From Podospora anserina (Eukaryota), in contig CM030333.1 of the NCBI GenBank assembly GCA_017654855.1, positions 1,798,001-1,862,000 of the forward strand: 64,000 nt of DNA. The letters run 5' to 3'. Below, piece after piece: positions 1 through 12,708 of the stretch (position 1 is the first letter of the stretch; each line of letters begins with the position of its first letter). The translations under genes and the position numbers were made by a program. The notes below the pieces were generated by a model. That model saw only the letters and a list, made by a program, of their open reading frames with translations, searched no databases and had not been told where the DNA came from.

Positions 1-750
1 TTCACAACTGCTACACAAGTAGTCAGTAGATATATGTGGAATTGTAGATTGTTCCACGTGGAACAGATTAATCCCACACATCACCTCATGAGCTGTCATA
101 ACGAGCTTGGCTAATCTACTGACTCATAAACTACTAACACACCAGTAAGCAACAGCTGGGTCTGGGGCTCTTTACGACATTGTTCCAAGCCTTCAAGTGA
201 ATGCCTCAACACCAGGGCTGAAGCTCGCGCCCTTCTCGGTGACGAGACAAGCCCGGAAAACCCGAATAGCACGTAACAAGGGATCCTGGGTATCGCAGTT
301 GCCAAGCCTGCCTTGTGTTGTGACTGCTTAGTAAAACTTCTTTGGAAAAGGAGTAGGTGAGAGAGTACCACCCTCGCTTGGGTCTTCTAAGCTTCAAGTG
401 TGATGATATAGCGCGTTGTAGACGTAGAAAAAAGGTTGTGCCACTGGTGAATCTTCCCTGCTCATTGATCATTGCAGTCACGATGGATCGAAGTCTGAAG
501 ACGACACGCAGTGGAACGCGTGCCGTCTTTGTCACAACAGCTTCTTTGCCTGATCATCATGAATTCACTTGAATACTGAGAGGAAAGCTCCAGGCCTTTG
601 GTCTTTAAACAAGGAAATACCAATAAGTCGCGGTGTGATTTACGTTGACATTTTCACAAGTAGAAACGCATCAACAGATTTAGAGTTGGAGCGTGAATTA
701 TTGGTTCCCTTCCCTATTTATTCCTGATTAAAAAGTGTTTCTATGATTTT

Positions 751-777
751 GAGAGCGAGAGAGAGTGAGAGAGAGAG
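751..777. repeat. Imperfect (GA)n microsatellite
   Basis: gagagcgagagagagtgagagagagag. Confidence 0.8.
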
Positions 778-1511
778 CAAGCAGCCGGCACCTGGCCACG
801 GCATTGTGTCTGTGTCAAGAGACTGTGTGTGAGAGAGATATCTTGTGAGCGGAAATCTGTTTGACCCGAGAAGAAAACTTGATCTCCTCCTTTCTCTTGA
901 GCTTGATTCTTTTCATGTCATTAATTCCTACTCCCCTAGCAACCAGGTTTTCTCTCAAAATATTTGAAACAAAAACATGGCCATGAGAGAGAAAAGAGCA
1001 ACGAAGAAAGAACCAACAGTCAGAGTGTGTGTAGTATCTCTGCAAAGACAGTATTTCCTCCCCCCACCCCCTTCCCTGCCTTCCCCACAACATTTCGCCT
1101 TGTGTGTGATAATAAAAAAGAGATTCGGTCGGATGATTGTGAGTATGCGAGAGTTGTCTGCGTGTGTGTGGCGGTGCTTCGTTGTCGATGTGTGTGCGAA
1201 AAATGAAGAGCTGTGAAAGACAAAAGAAAACAGACGAGAGAGGCCAACAACAACAAAAAATAATAACAAGCAGCGGTGAACGGTAACACCTGATAGATAA
1301 ATACAACTGCTGAATGCGCCTGAAGCAAAACAAAAATCGTCTCGTCATTAGTCGGCCCTGGCTTCTCGCGGAACAAGTGTGTCGAATAGAGGATGGTGAT
1401 AATGCCTGATGGTGGTGGTAGGGACTGGAAGAAGTGATACCAAAAGGTGCAGCCACAGAGACGGTCTGTAGAGTGAGCCATATGGTGGATTGTTTGAGAC
1501 TGCCATGACTG

Positions 1512-3289
1512 CTACATGACAATGCAACAGCCGCAACCACCCTTCTTTGGTGCTGGATCCTCCTCAGGGGGTTCCGGTACCTTGACTGTCGACGACGGCT
1601 GAAGCTGGGTCTGTGGTTGTGGTCCTGGCGTCCGTGGGCTTGGTAGAGGACTCATGGTTGGTTTGTCTGAGATCTTGGGCATTGTTGAATATGAGCTCGC
1701 TCTTCCTCCAAGCGTAGGGCTCCTCACTTCTGGCCTTAACGGCCAGTCACCCTGCTCCTCATCCTGCGCTTCCTTTTCAGGATCCCTTTCCTCTTGTCCC
1801 GCGATGTTCTCTGGAGGTTTCAAGAACCCTTCGTCGGTGAGTGGCCTAAACTCTCTGTCGTAGACATTTCCAAACTTGCCCTCTCGTTCCATCCTCTCTT
1901 GAGCTAGCCGCTTGGCTACGGTTGGCAAGAGTTGTTGGTCCGGAGGCAAGCGAGGATCAGGCCGGTACGCAGAGATCATCCAGGGTGGTTCTCCTTCCAT
2001 TGGCTTGCTACTGCTGGAAAACTCCCTCTCAGCAGACCTCGTGGATGGCCGTGTCCCGCTACTAGTCGAGTCCTTACTAGGCCCACCTCTTGTCTTGGGA
2101 CGTCCGGCAGCCCCATTCGCAGCCTTTGGTTTTCTAATCCCGGCAGGCTTCTTGGGAGATGGATCGGTTCTCTTGTTCGGTTGGCTAGTGGATTGAGCAG
2201 TCCCCTCGCTCGGTGTCAGTTTGCCAAGCGAGGTTGCGTTACTACCGCTTCTGCCTCGGGTTCTGGAGTAAGATATCGAGTCCTCGCCGGGACTACCGTC
2301 ACGTTTCCTGGCCAAGAGAGTGTCTCGTTCGATATGCTCGCTGGGAATGGGCACCGGGCTGACCTTTGCCACGGGGATTTTCGAAGTGTTTTTGCCGCTA
2401 CCCGTCGACACCCAATATCCGTCACCCTCTTCCACAATTTCCTCTGGACGTCTAAGATCCCAACTAGGAATCGCGTTGAGATCTGGAGTCTTGGGTTCTG
2501 TCGTCGTTGCCCCCGAGTTTTTCCTAGATCTCGAGGCATTATCCGTACCACCAATCGACCTCCCCGAACCGTTCAGCTTGTCCTGACTCTGATCCCTCCG
2601 TGTCCTGTTTTGACTCTTCGACCTTGCCCTGTCCCTTTGGCGTGGCAAAAAGATACCAGCAGCTTGCAACTCTTCACTTTCAATCCGAGCCAACTTGTCC
2701 CGATGAATCCATTTCGAATTGTCCTCTTGTCCTATCGGCGGCGTGCTGTCCCTCGGCCCCGTTCTCTGCAAACCATCGGATCCATTCCCTCTCGTGTCGC
2801 TATCAAATGCTTCCGTGCTCTCCAGAGAGCTGGGGTGGTCCTGAATACTCCGGGGTTTCGATTGCTTGTGGTGGTTTTGGGTGGCATAAGCAGTCATATC
2901 GGAACCAGCGTCTCCGTTGGCGTACTTTCGCGAAATCGAGTCTAGGCCCGTGGCGGTAGAGTGCAGAGTAGAATTACCATTCTGAGGGGCCAGTGGCTGT
3001 CGGTGGGATGAGTAGGCGTTTTCGTCATGTACAAGCCGCTTGCCGTCGTGAAGGTCGTTCTGTAGCGGGACGCGAGTGTTAGAAAAGAGCGCTTTCCCTC
3101 AAGGTAAGGGAGGCAGGGGACAGGGAAGTTGGGAGGAAGGCACGTGGAAGGCACGTCTCCGCTTGAAAATGCTGTCGATGGTTTTGTTCTTACCTCTGCT
3201 TCGTCCGGCACAGCAAGGTCCCACGAATAGCCAGTGTCATGGGCCGCAGAAGGTGAGAATGCCGTCGTCGTCTGCGACACTGCCGCCAT
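1512..3289 (-). CDS. teaR: TeaR/Mod5-like prenylated cell-end marker receptor (2 exons: 3289-3194, 3059-1512)
   Basis: Low-complexity protein with WIHRDKLARIESEELQAAG and DPRLPPDQQLLPTVAKRL blocks, ending in the CaaX box GGCGCCIVM*. Upstream ATG at 3289, GTAAGA donor at 3193, CTAAC branch and TACAG acceptor at 3060 join in frame with ORF 1512..2897. Confidence 0.8.
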
Positions 3290-4696
3290 ATTTGTCACCG
3301 ACAAAGACAACTCAACTGACGGTTGGCGACGGCGACAAACCAGTCGTCGACTGTTCGGCAGGAAATTACGGGGCAGGTGCGGCAGCGAACCCAAACCACC
3401 GGGCCAAAAACTGGGCCTATCTTTTTTTGATCCGGAAACAGAAAGAAAAGTGTAGATTGTGTAGGCCGTTGAAGAGAGCACTTGACAGCTGCCGGCGCGG
3501 GTGTAATGGGCGCCGAGTGTATCACCGCGCCACCCAGCCTCTCCAACTTGGCCAACAGCGTCAAGTGCAGCGCAGATCGGAACTCCTCATGCGGCTGTTT
3601 CCGATGTTCTAGATGCTGTCGTCGCGGATCGGGTTGATCGATTCAATCGGCGCGGTCGGCGGTAATATTCGCGCGTGATGGTCGTGACAAAGGAAAAGGG
3701 CGGAAGCGCAGGCAGACGATGCGGAGGTCGTGTGGTTGCTTGGAAGATGGCCTTGGTGTTGTGTGATTTGTCGTGGGTGTCCTGGGCTGCCTTCCACGGA
3801 GCACCACTCACTTCAACCTTTGACGAAACGAGCTACCGGGACCTAAACTTTTTTGAGGAGCCTGGCGTCTGCGGGTCTCGGAATTTGGATTCTCCCCCCT
3901 TGGCCCTGTTCCTATTCAACGTCGGCGTGGCTACCTTTGACAGATCAACGGGGTCAGTGTTCGATAGTTGTCGTCGTCTGATTAAAGCAGCGGAGCGAGC
4001 AATGTGCCCGAGTGGAAACAAGAGAATGGACGGATGCGATGCGCTCCAAAGACAAAAAAAGAGGGGCATGGAACCAATCCACAAGCAGCCTTGGGCCCAG
4101 CGGCATCAACAAACTGACGGGTTGACGTTGACGTGAACTGTCAAACGAACATTAACAACATGGACCGTCCGTCGCGTGGTGCAAGTATCAATTGACAATT
4201 TCCTCTAGGCACTGCCATTCCCTTGGGCCATCCAGGGGTAAACTCGTCCCAAAGTCGCATTTGCTGGAGAAGGGTCCCAAGCGAAAAGGAGTCTCATTAA
4301 TCTTCTTTCGTGATGCCATTGGTCAATTCCACCCATGGTCCGTGCCGATTGCCTCTTTCACTCATTCATTTCTCGTCTTGGGGCTCGACTTGGACGGTAA
4401 TGTCCGCCAAGTCAAGCATCGCCGTTCCTTTTTGCCTTGTTCTCGACAGCTTCAACATCATGTGATTGATTGTCTTTCATGCCATTTTCAGAATCATCGA
4501 ATTTGCCATTCTTGCTGGTTAAACGGTACATGGGAGCGTTGAAAAGCTCTTGCCTTGCCTATCAATCCAAACTTTATTCGCAAGCGAGATTCAACTTCAT
4601 TGATTGCTCTCTCTTTCTGTCACTTGACCCCGGCTTCCAGGTTCATACAAGCAGCCTCGCCCTGCTTGGCCACATCCGCACAGAGCAAACAATATC

Positions 4697-6020
4697 ATGG
4701 CATCGTCTCAGTCTTTGCCCAGCCAAACTAGGCGTACTCGAATTGTTTGTATCAGCGATACTCATAATTCAACTGTCAAGCTACCGAAAGGTGACGTGCT
4801 GATTCATGCTGGCGACTTGACGAACCAGGGTAGCTATTCAGAGGTAGCGAGACCGTTCCTTTTGTTGAATCTTCAAGGGCACCATTTATGGTTTGCTAAC
4901 GGTGCCTTCTAGCTTTCCAAAACAGTGCAGTGGTTAGAAAAGGTCGACTTTGAAGTCAAGATTGTGATTGCCGGTGAGAATTGACAGCCACGACGACTGC
5001 ATTTCTCTTGCATCAAGGCTGATTCTGTCAGGAAACCATGATATAACACTGGATCAAGGCTTCTATCAAGATCATGGGCAAAGCTTCCACAACAAGAAAC
5101 CCCAGAACACGGCTGAGTGTCTCAAGCTTCTGACATCGAGCCCTACCATCACATACCTGTGTCATAGCTCCACGAGAATCCGGCTTACCAACCCCAAAGG
5201 ACCAAGAACCGAATTCAATGTCTTTGGCTCTCCCTACAGTCCCAAGAACGGTCTGTGGGCATTCGGATACGATGGCAACGGCGTGGAGCCAGATCCTTCG
5301 GGAACGCAAACATCTACAGACCTCGTCTCCCAAGAAGCAGTAAACCTTTGGTCAGAGATCCCACTTGATACCGATATCCTGGTCACACATACACCACCAC
5401 GAGGCAACTGCGATGCCACGCTTGGATGTCAATTTTTGAAGAAACGACTCTCGACAGTCCGCCCAAGACTTCATGTTTGTGGCCATGTCCATCCGGGAAG
5501 GGGTGCTCAGCGAGTGCGATGGGAGCCGGAAAGGGATGAATTTGCCAACGAGCAATATCATGAAGCCGGCGTGGAATACTGGGATGACCCCCACCCAGAT
5601 ATTCAGTCAGCCAAGCTCAGTCTGGTTGATTTGACCCCTCGTGGAGGCAACCGCGCCCTTGCCTTTGGCAACTCGGCCGAAACTACCACGAATGTATCAG
5701 GAGGCAGCCCGCGTGATGGTCTGCTCCGAGCACCGTCTGTCTCATGCACCCCATCATCCCGACAGGATCCCGAGTGTCGGGTCTCGGATGGTCAGCCCCG
5801 TGGCCTTGGTCCTGGTCCTGGGCTGGGCCCCGGGCTCCCCACCTTGGATGACGTCCAGCCTCTAACGTCCAAAAGCCGAGAGTTGAACTCCAGTCGCACG
5901 GGTCGACGCGAGACTTGCGTAGTCAACTGTGCTATCGTGGCAACGAACTGGCCTCACACGGGTGGCAGGAGATACAACAAGCCAATTGTCGTTGATGCGG
6001 ATCTGCCTGTATGGACGTAG
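4697..6020 (+). CDS. Calcineurin-like metallophosphoesterase, MPPED/239FB-type (exons 4697-4843, 4913-4973, 5032-6020)
   Basis: Spliced product has all metallophosphoesterase motifs: ISDTH, HAGDLT, AGNHD, THTPP, CGHVH. GT-AG introns at 4844-4912 and 4974-5031 keep the frame. Confidence 0.9.
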
Positions 6021-9000
6021 TTCCAGGACTCGGCATACTGCCAGCCTACGGCGAATAGAGCGGATTCCATTCCTTGAGAGATCCCTCTCCGTGACTATTT
6101 GGGTAGCTACGTGTGGTCTCATCGACAGACAGCTGGCTTGGGACCCGTTGAAACGCCGACTACGGCCACCATGATGGAGCATCACCGAAGATCAATACAG
6201 ACTCGATCCGACACTTGTTGCTCCACCCAACAAGCTGCTCGGCCCGCTCTATGAACCAACAACCGCATGGTTATGAATCCGATACGCTACCGTCTTGCCC
6301 GTCCAGGATCCTGCCGTTGCTCCCCACAGAACCAAGTGTGCTCAACGTGGCATGCTTGGGACAACATCTCCATAGTCCAGCCCATATGTGGACTTTGGAA
6401 GCATGGAGGAAGATGTCAACCTCGACATCATGACGAAGCTACGATAGTTGTCACTGAACGACTGGGACACATTCACAGCTGAAACCACGTCGACGAGCGT
6501 ACGTGCATATATCCAAATAGGCAACGTCTCATGTGACGTTTTGGTATGTTTTTTACCAACTGTGACGTTTTGCAAGCTGTTGACCGAGCGAGGCAGGGCT
6601 CGGTCAGACTCATCTCCTTCTACTCCGTACAAGGAATGAATGGAGTAGTTCTCAAGTGGAGTCTTGTTCGTTGCTCTTCGACCCGGCTATGTTCCGATAT
6701 CTGAGAGGCCAGACATAGGCAAGCCTCAGCAGGCGAACTGGCTTGCTAAGATCAACGTCTCCTTGAGCGTGGCACATGCCTCGAACCCGGGGATCCGCAG
6801 CCTGACCCCAGAATTCACAAGCGGGCTGAACATCAGACATCTCCGTCAGCAACGGCCCGCATAGCGTTTCCGCTTTTACCCCAGCTTGCAGCCGTCACTG
6901 CCTCGTGAGATCCAGGCTTGAGGTTGTCGGCAGGTCACGAGCTCAGAGGCTCACGAGTGCAGGTACAAGAGCCACTAAGCGCTGGCCAAGGCCAGCTGCG
7001 GTCTCGGCTACGTGCTCTCTCTTCTTTGCCAATTGCGGAGAAACATACTGCAGAGGGAGAAGCAACGGCGGTGCTAATCGGAAAGAAAGCGAGAGCCGCA
7101 GGAGTCTGGAGGGGCACAAGACCGCGAGCTGTCCCATGTGGCACTTAGACGAGCGCTTCTGCATCTTTTTGGGACCAGTCATCCAGTGCTCGCCATGACA
7201 ACAGTGGTCAGATGGTGGGGATGAGGCCGCGGAGAGCATTAACGTCTGATGCTCCAGCTCCTGCACGATAGTTGCGTTATTTGTCGTGGGGGACCATTGC
7301 AGTCCAATGGGGCTTTCCAAGAACGCTATGGTGCACATGTGCCTCGGGAACCAGACCAAGACGCATTGTGCACGAGGATACCAGAAATGCTGAGCTGGGA
7401 GGCTGTTGACAGATGTGCAGTGCACAGCCTGCCCATCAACATCACAATTGGCAGCAAATATCGAACTCATGGTTGGTTCTCACCGCCATGAGGTCAACGG
7501 ACGCACGGCATATCGACGCTCCATTAGCAGTCAGTCTGACCGTTCCGTGCTTCCCGTACCGGACTATGCTCTCACCATTGGGGTGACACAAAGTCTTTCG
7601 GTAAGGGATCTCACCCGCGTCGAGGTTTATTCGGTGTCAGCTCCCTGAAGTTAAGGTCCTTACCTAACAAGGGTGTTTTGCTTGGTCAAAAGAGCGGGCA
7701 TGGGTATGGGGAGGAGGGAGGGGTAAAGTCGCGCGGGCTTGGCGGGGTAAGTTCACACTTCCCCATGCTGACTCGTCACAGGAGCTGTCGGTCTCCTGAG
7801 CGCTGCAGAAGCTCCAACAAGTCTCAAAAGCGACCACCGGAAGAGACAGTTTCTCTCTTTGGGGAACCAGATCTACCTCGTATGTACCTCTCCGGGACAC
7901 TGGGCAGGCCGAAACACAGCAGATGACATTGTTGGGAGGGATATCAGTGCTTAGAGTGTTACACCTATGACCGCATTGCTGTGCAAAAAAAAAAGCAGGA
8001 TCTGGGCGAATCTTGATATGTTCATCCACACATGACAGCTCAGGACGGAATCCTGTCAAGCCTCATAGCTCAGGCATCAAAACCTCTCTCCAAGCCGCAG
8101 TGTCCGATCGACTGGCGCTCCCCCCGCGACCACCGAAACGGCCCACTGGGAATGCCGCTGCCATCTGCAGATTCCGGATTTTCAGGGGTCATGATTGGTA
8201 GCCAAGGCGCCTCCCACTGGGGTCTCGTTGTGTTTTGATAGCACACCACACACATCTCGATTGGCCGAAGCGTGGGTAGGTGTCAGTTTGGCGACAACCA
8301 TCCAGTGAGGGGCACTGGCTCTGGATCGGATGGTCAGAAGCGGCCCTCCAACTCGCGTCATCAGCATCTGCTTGGCCCTTTCCTTGGCCGGCCTGCCCCG
8401 AGTGGTGTCTTCGACTGCGAACTCCCGATGGCGAGAGGGTGGGTGGTATGGGTGAGGTCCAAGTCGTGAGTGGTGTATGTATGGAGGTGAGCAGAACCTC
8501 GCGGTGTGAGGGAGGCACGAGAGGGAGATATGTATGCACACACTCACCGCCTATCGGGTCCTTTGAGGCCAGCGCCCCGTACCTGCTTTCATGATGGCCT
8601 CTTTGGAAGACCGGCCATGGTTGGCTGTCAACAACAGGAGGTACGGATGTATATCGGTACACTACAGATTCAACCCCCCGCGCCCAGCAAGAAACGAGCA
8701 CGAGATGAGCGGAGAATGGTTGATGAAGCGTCTCAGCAGACTTGACTACTAACGTCGATTTTTGCTTGATAAAACCGCAGCGATCACACGTACCGGCGGG
8801 ACCTTGCCTTTGCGCGGCAGGTTTGCTGTCCAATCCTAACAAGGCACATCTACCAGCACGGCTAATAGATACGGGTTTGCGCGACTGGCGCCGAATTCCC
8901 CAAGTCCTTTTTGATCTCCTCTCTGGCTGTAACGAGGGACAAAATTTTTTGACCGGAACCAATTGGCTGAAGACCTGCTTAGTAGCACCGCTTAGCTTCT

Positions 9001-10868
9001 GGTTCGTCAATCCAAGCAACACGAAAGGAGGGGAGGGGGTTCCCTATCACTGCTTCATGCCGGTTGTCTTGCCTCACACACGGTGGGGGGTCGCCTGCTG
9101 AGTGAGTGGTAACGGGCTGGGAACCGGCAGGTTCGGGCATTCAGTTTTTGTGACGGCTCGTCTTTTCGCATTTTCACTGCAGGGCATTCTCCATGGAAGA
9201 GGAGCAATTGGTTGGTGAGAGAGGAGCCCACAGACCTGCAGCCAAGTTGCCTCGCATCCAGTCAAGCCAAGAAGGCACGATGCGCTGGCGCACTTGGTAC
9301 TTACTTACTCACTACCACTGACTGGCCTAACTCTGATGGCTTCTCCGAAGCACACAAGATGCAGTTTTTTTCTGATATCGATGGGTTCTTTTGGGGACTT
9401 TTCTGCTTTCTGAGAGCAGGGGAAAGAAAGATGTGACAAGTCAACCGACAGCCCCGTTTCGTGTCGACGAGGAAGGTTGATAGCGGCAGTTGAAAGTTAT
9501 GGGAGAGTGGGAGATCACCTATCAAGAACACCGCGATATCTGGGTTTTAGACCCAAAGTTGAAGTCAGGCTCTCACGGGCCTCTTTTAGACAACAAAGGA
9601 CATGCCATAGGATAAGGCGGCGGGGTGGGCTTGGTTTTGGTTTCAATGAAGCTATGGATGCGCCATACAGCTACCATGTCATTTGCCCCGCAGACGTGGA
9701 GTTTTGAGCTGTAAGCCAACAAGAAACCACACGCTGGCTGCTGAAGAATTATTTTTCTTCTGGCTAGCTCTGCTCGTGATCACTGGGTTGGGTGTTGTTC
9801 GATGGGCATCTGATTTTAGGAGAATGCGATCTAGCTTTGGGTTCTTCTGTATGCGTCACTGGACAGACAGGAAAAGGAGGTGGATATGTGGTGGCATGGC
9901 TGGTGATGGTGGTGCTGGCAGGTTAACGAACCCAAACCCCCCAAGACCAAGCAGCTCAGCCCAGCCCAGCCCACAGGGACAGGACAAGATATCAAATATT
10001 GCTTGCGTAGTTGCTTGCTCTGCTGCTTTGCTTGCTTGCTTATGTATGTATCTGTTATGTTATGCGGTCGAGGCTGATTCGTCGTTTGCTTTTCTGCTGT
10101 CGTTCATCGCCTCGCTTTTTACTTGGTTGGGGTGCATTGGATGAGAGAACTGAGGGCTAAGGACCGGGTACATTTCTCGGGATTTGAAGGGAAGGGAGAG
10201 ATGAGTCTTGTGCAAACCAAGAGAAGGAAAAATACAAAAAAAAAATCTGGAAAGGACCCTCTCTCTCTGTTGCATCGAGTTTTATTGAGGGAATAAAAAG
10301 ATAAAACAAACCTGGTGGTTGCCGGGGAGGATGCCGACTGAGAAGACTCACCGCTAGAACTACTGTTATGTAGGATATGCTTGGGATGTGGGAGTTGTAT
10401 GCAAGATGCAAGAGGGCTGCATAAAAGTTGAAACGAGCGCGCTGCCGACCGCTGGTTTGGGGATGTTGCTTTGGGGGAAAATCTCCTCTGACAAAGATTT
10501 AAACGGAGATTTTGATGGGTTGAAATGCATCACTTGGTGGAAGAGTTGATCTGGAATAGCTCCATAAGAGGCGACGGTAAACGGGATGAACATCATGACA
10601 AAGCGTCGTGAGCGTGCTGTACCATGAGTTGGGAAGGCATCGGTGTTAAGGTTATCGCCTCCAACGTGGAAATCCCGTCTGTCATCTGAAAATCTGTCTT
10701 TGTCATTTGCTCAGGCACTCAGGCACACACACGGGAATCTTTCAGGCACCGGGTCTGGGTCTGGTCTGGTCGGGCCTCGGAAAGTTTGCCACTTTTCAGG
10801 AGAAATATAACTTCTCGGCCACTTGTTGAGAAGGGGCTTGGGCTTCGAGGGAAATGGGAATCAATGTG

Positions 10869-11414
10869 TCATTTGGATCCCGAACAGTATGATTCATTCA
10901 TAGGAATTTGCAAAGAGGCAAAGAAGTTCCCATAGTGTAGTGAAAGGGGGCAAAATTCTGGAAGTGTTGGACAAAAATGCGTATGCCTTTGCCTCAGTGC
11001 CTCAGCGGTGATAGCGAAAGGGAAGTTGAGGAGGCCGCTCCGGGCGGTTGTTAGTAGCCCGTTTTCCGGCAGACCCGTTGCCCGTTCGTGCCCGTTGGTT
11101 GGGCGGGTTTGGTGGTGGCGGAGAGGCTGGATTGTTGTTCGAGGGTCGGGCGATAGGTACCTGGGTAGGGATTCCTCCGAGGAACTTCTTGAGCGCCTTC
11201 GGAGAGACCTAGATGAGGTCAAGTGTTCGTCGCCTCGCGTTCTCGGTGCTGTGCTGCTTAGTCTTACACGAAAGGAGCTGAGGATTGTGCTGATCTGAGG
11301 AGGCTTGGACCTTGGGCTTGGGGGAATATTATGTATGACAGTTCCAGATTGAGGCCGTGGTGAACGCTGTGTTGTCTTTGAGAGAGGGCCGAGTCCCAAC
11401 TGAGACAGGTGCAT
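10869..11414 (-). CDS. Possible orphan Ser/Arg/Pro-rich protein (181 aa); may be spurious
   Basis: ATG-initiated 181-codon ORF divergent from the J-protein gene. No recognisable domain and weak start context. Confidence 0.2.
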   Translation of the reverse strand: MHLSQLGLGPLSKTTQRSPRPQSGTVIHNIPPSPRSKPPQISTILSSFRVRLSSTAPRTRGDEHLTSSRSLRRRSRSSSEESLPRYLSPDPRTTIQPLRHHQTRPTNGHERATGLPENGLLTTARSGLLNFPFAITAEALRQRHTHFCPTLPEFCPLSLHYGNFFASLQIPMNESYCSGSK

Positions 11415-12708
11415 TCGCTAGCGGCGAGTGAAAAGATGAGGAGGTGACAGAAGCCGACAGAAAGAAAGGGACGTCCGGTGAGGTGCGGATTAGTTCAAAG
11501 CAGTTTAAAGAGACGGGTGTTGTCAGCGGGCGCTAGCTGAAAGAGGAAAGATTGTGCCTGTCAAACCAATAGCCTTCCATCCCCACAGTATCCACAACCT
11601 CCCGCATCGCCCACGCCCCCCCGCCCTCTCAGACCGACTGAGGAATCCACAGCGGGGGAACAAGAGAGAGGAAGAGGGCGAGTGAGGGCAGCTGGCTGCG
11701 AGAACTCTTTACACATCTCCATCTTGCCCACCCCATCCTCCCAATTGATTCATCTTTGCTTGCCAGTTCAGTAGCATTGGTGCAGTGCAGTTGAACCTGG
11801 GAAGAAACAGGAGCAGAAGCAGGACAGCGCGTGAAGCAGGAAGCCAGCAGGAAGCAGGAAGCGAGAGCAGGCCCCCCGCTGGCCACATCCCACTGGAGAG
11901 AACGGCTTGCAGGTGACTTCATCGCCTGTCCTTCTTCGCTCCCCCATCACCTCATACCACATACCACGCACCACCTCACAACAACAAGCAACCCGAGCCC
12001 AGAACCAGGTCGGCACTTGGGCTGGCCCTGATAATCACGACCCTGTTCTCTGGACCGTTTTCCACTGTTTTTGCCATCGACACCTACCCACGCATACCGA
12101 GGAACTTGGGACAACAAATCCACTTCCAGTCCATTTCACCCCACGACAGAGCAGCAACGGTTGCTTGGTGCTGGGTAGTTCAGGTGCTCCACCAGCCAAA
12201 GCACTCGTCCCATATACAGCAACCCCCGTCCCAACACCGCTTCCTCTCTCCCCCTCCCCGCTCGCTGCTGCACCTCTACACCTCCTCCTCACACACAACC
12301 ACCACCTCAACCTCACAACCCCCCAAAAAAAAAAAAACACCGCATTGTCTCCTTTTTTCCCTTGGTTTTGTTTTTGCCTGGTTGAGCCGCTGGCCGACCT
12401 GCCTTACCTCGCCCTACCCATCAATCAATCCGCCTCGGAAGCGTGATTCCATTCCTCGTCGCCGCGTTCGCCTCCCTGCATAACTCACCACCCACGCTCC
12501 TTCGACCCGGAGCCGAGTCCTGACGCCTCCGATGCAATAGACGCCCCGTGTCGACCAGCCGACTGCTGCCTCTGCACCGCGCTCCTTTCGTCGACCCCCA
12601 TCGTCATCATCCGAACACTCACCCATCTCACCAAGTGAAGCTCCCCAGCAGCTGCTTCTCCTTGACGGAAACAAGCGGCTCTCTCAACCATACCCGTCGC
12701 AGTTCATC

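Noticed and set aside
1932..2945. 337-aa + strand ORF
   Set aside because: Antisense shadow of teaR with a non-ATG start and no motif.
3135..3156. Tandem 11-nt duplication (GGAAGGCACGT)x2 in the teaR intron
   Set aside because: Simple local duplication with no nested splice sites suggesting a stwintron.
6866..6885. CGCTTTTACC resembling U5 snRNA loop I
   Set aside because: Does not match the invariant GCCTTTTAC and has no flanking stem or Sm site.
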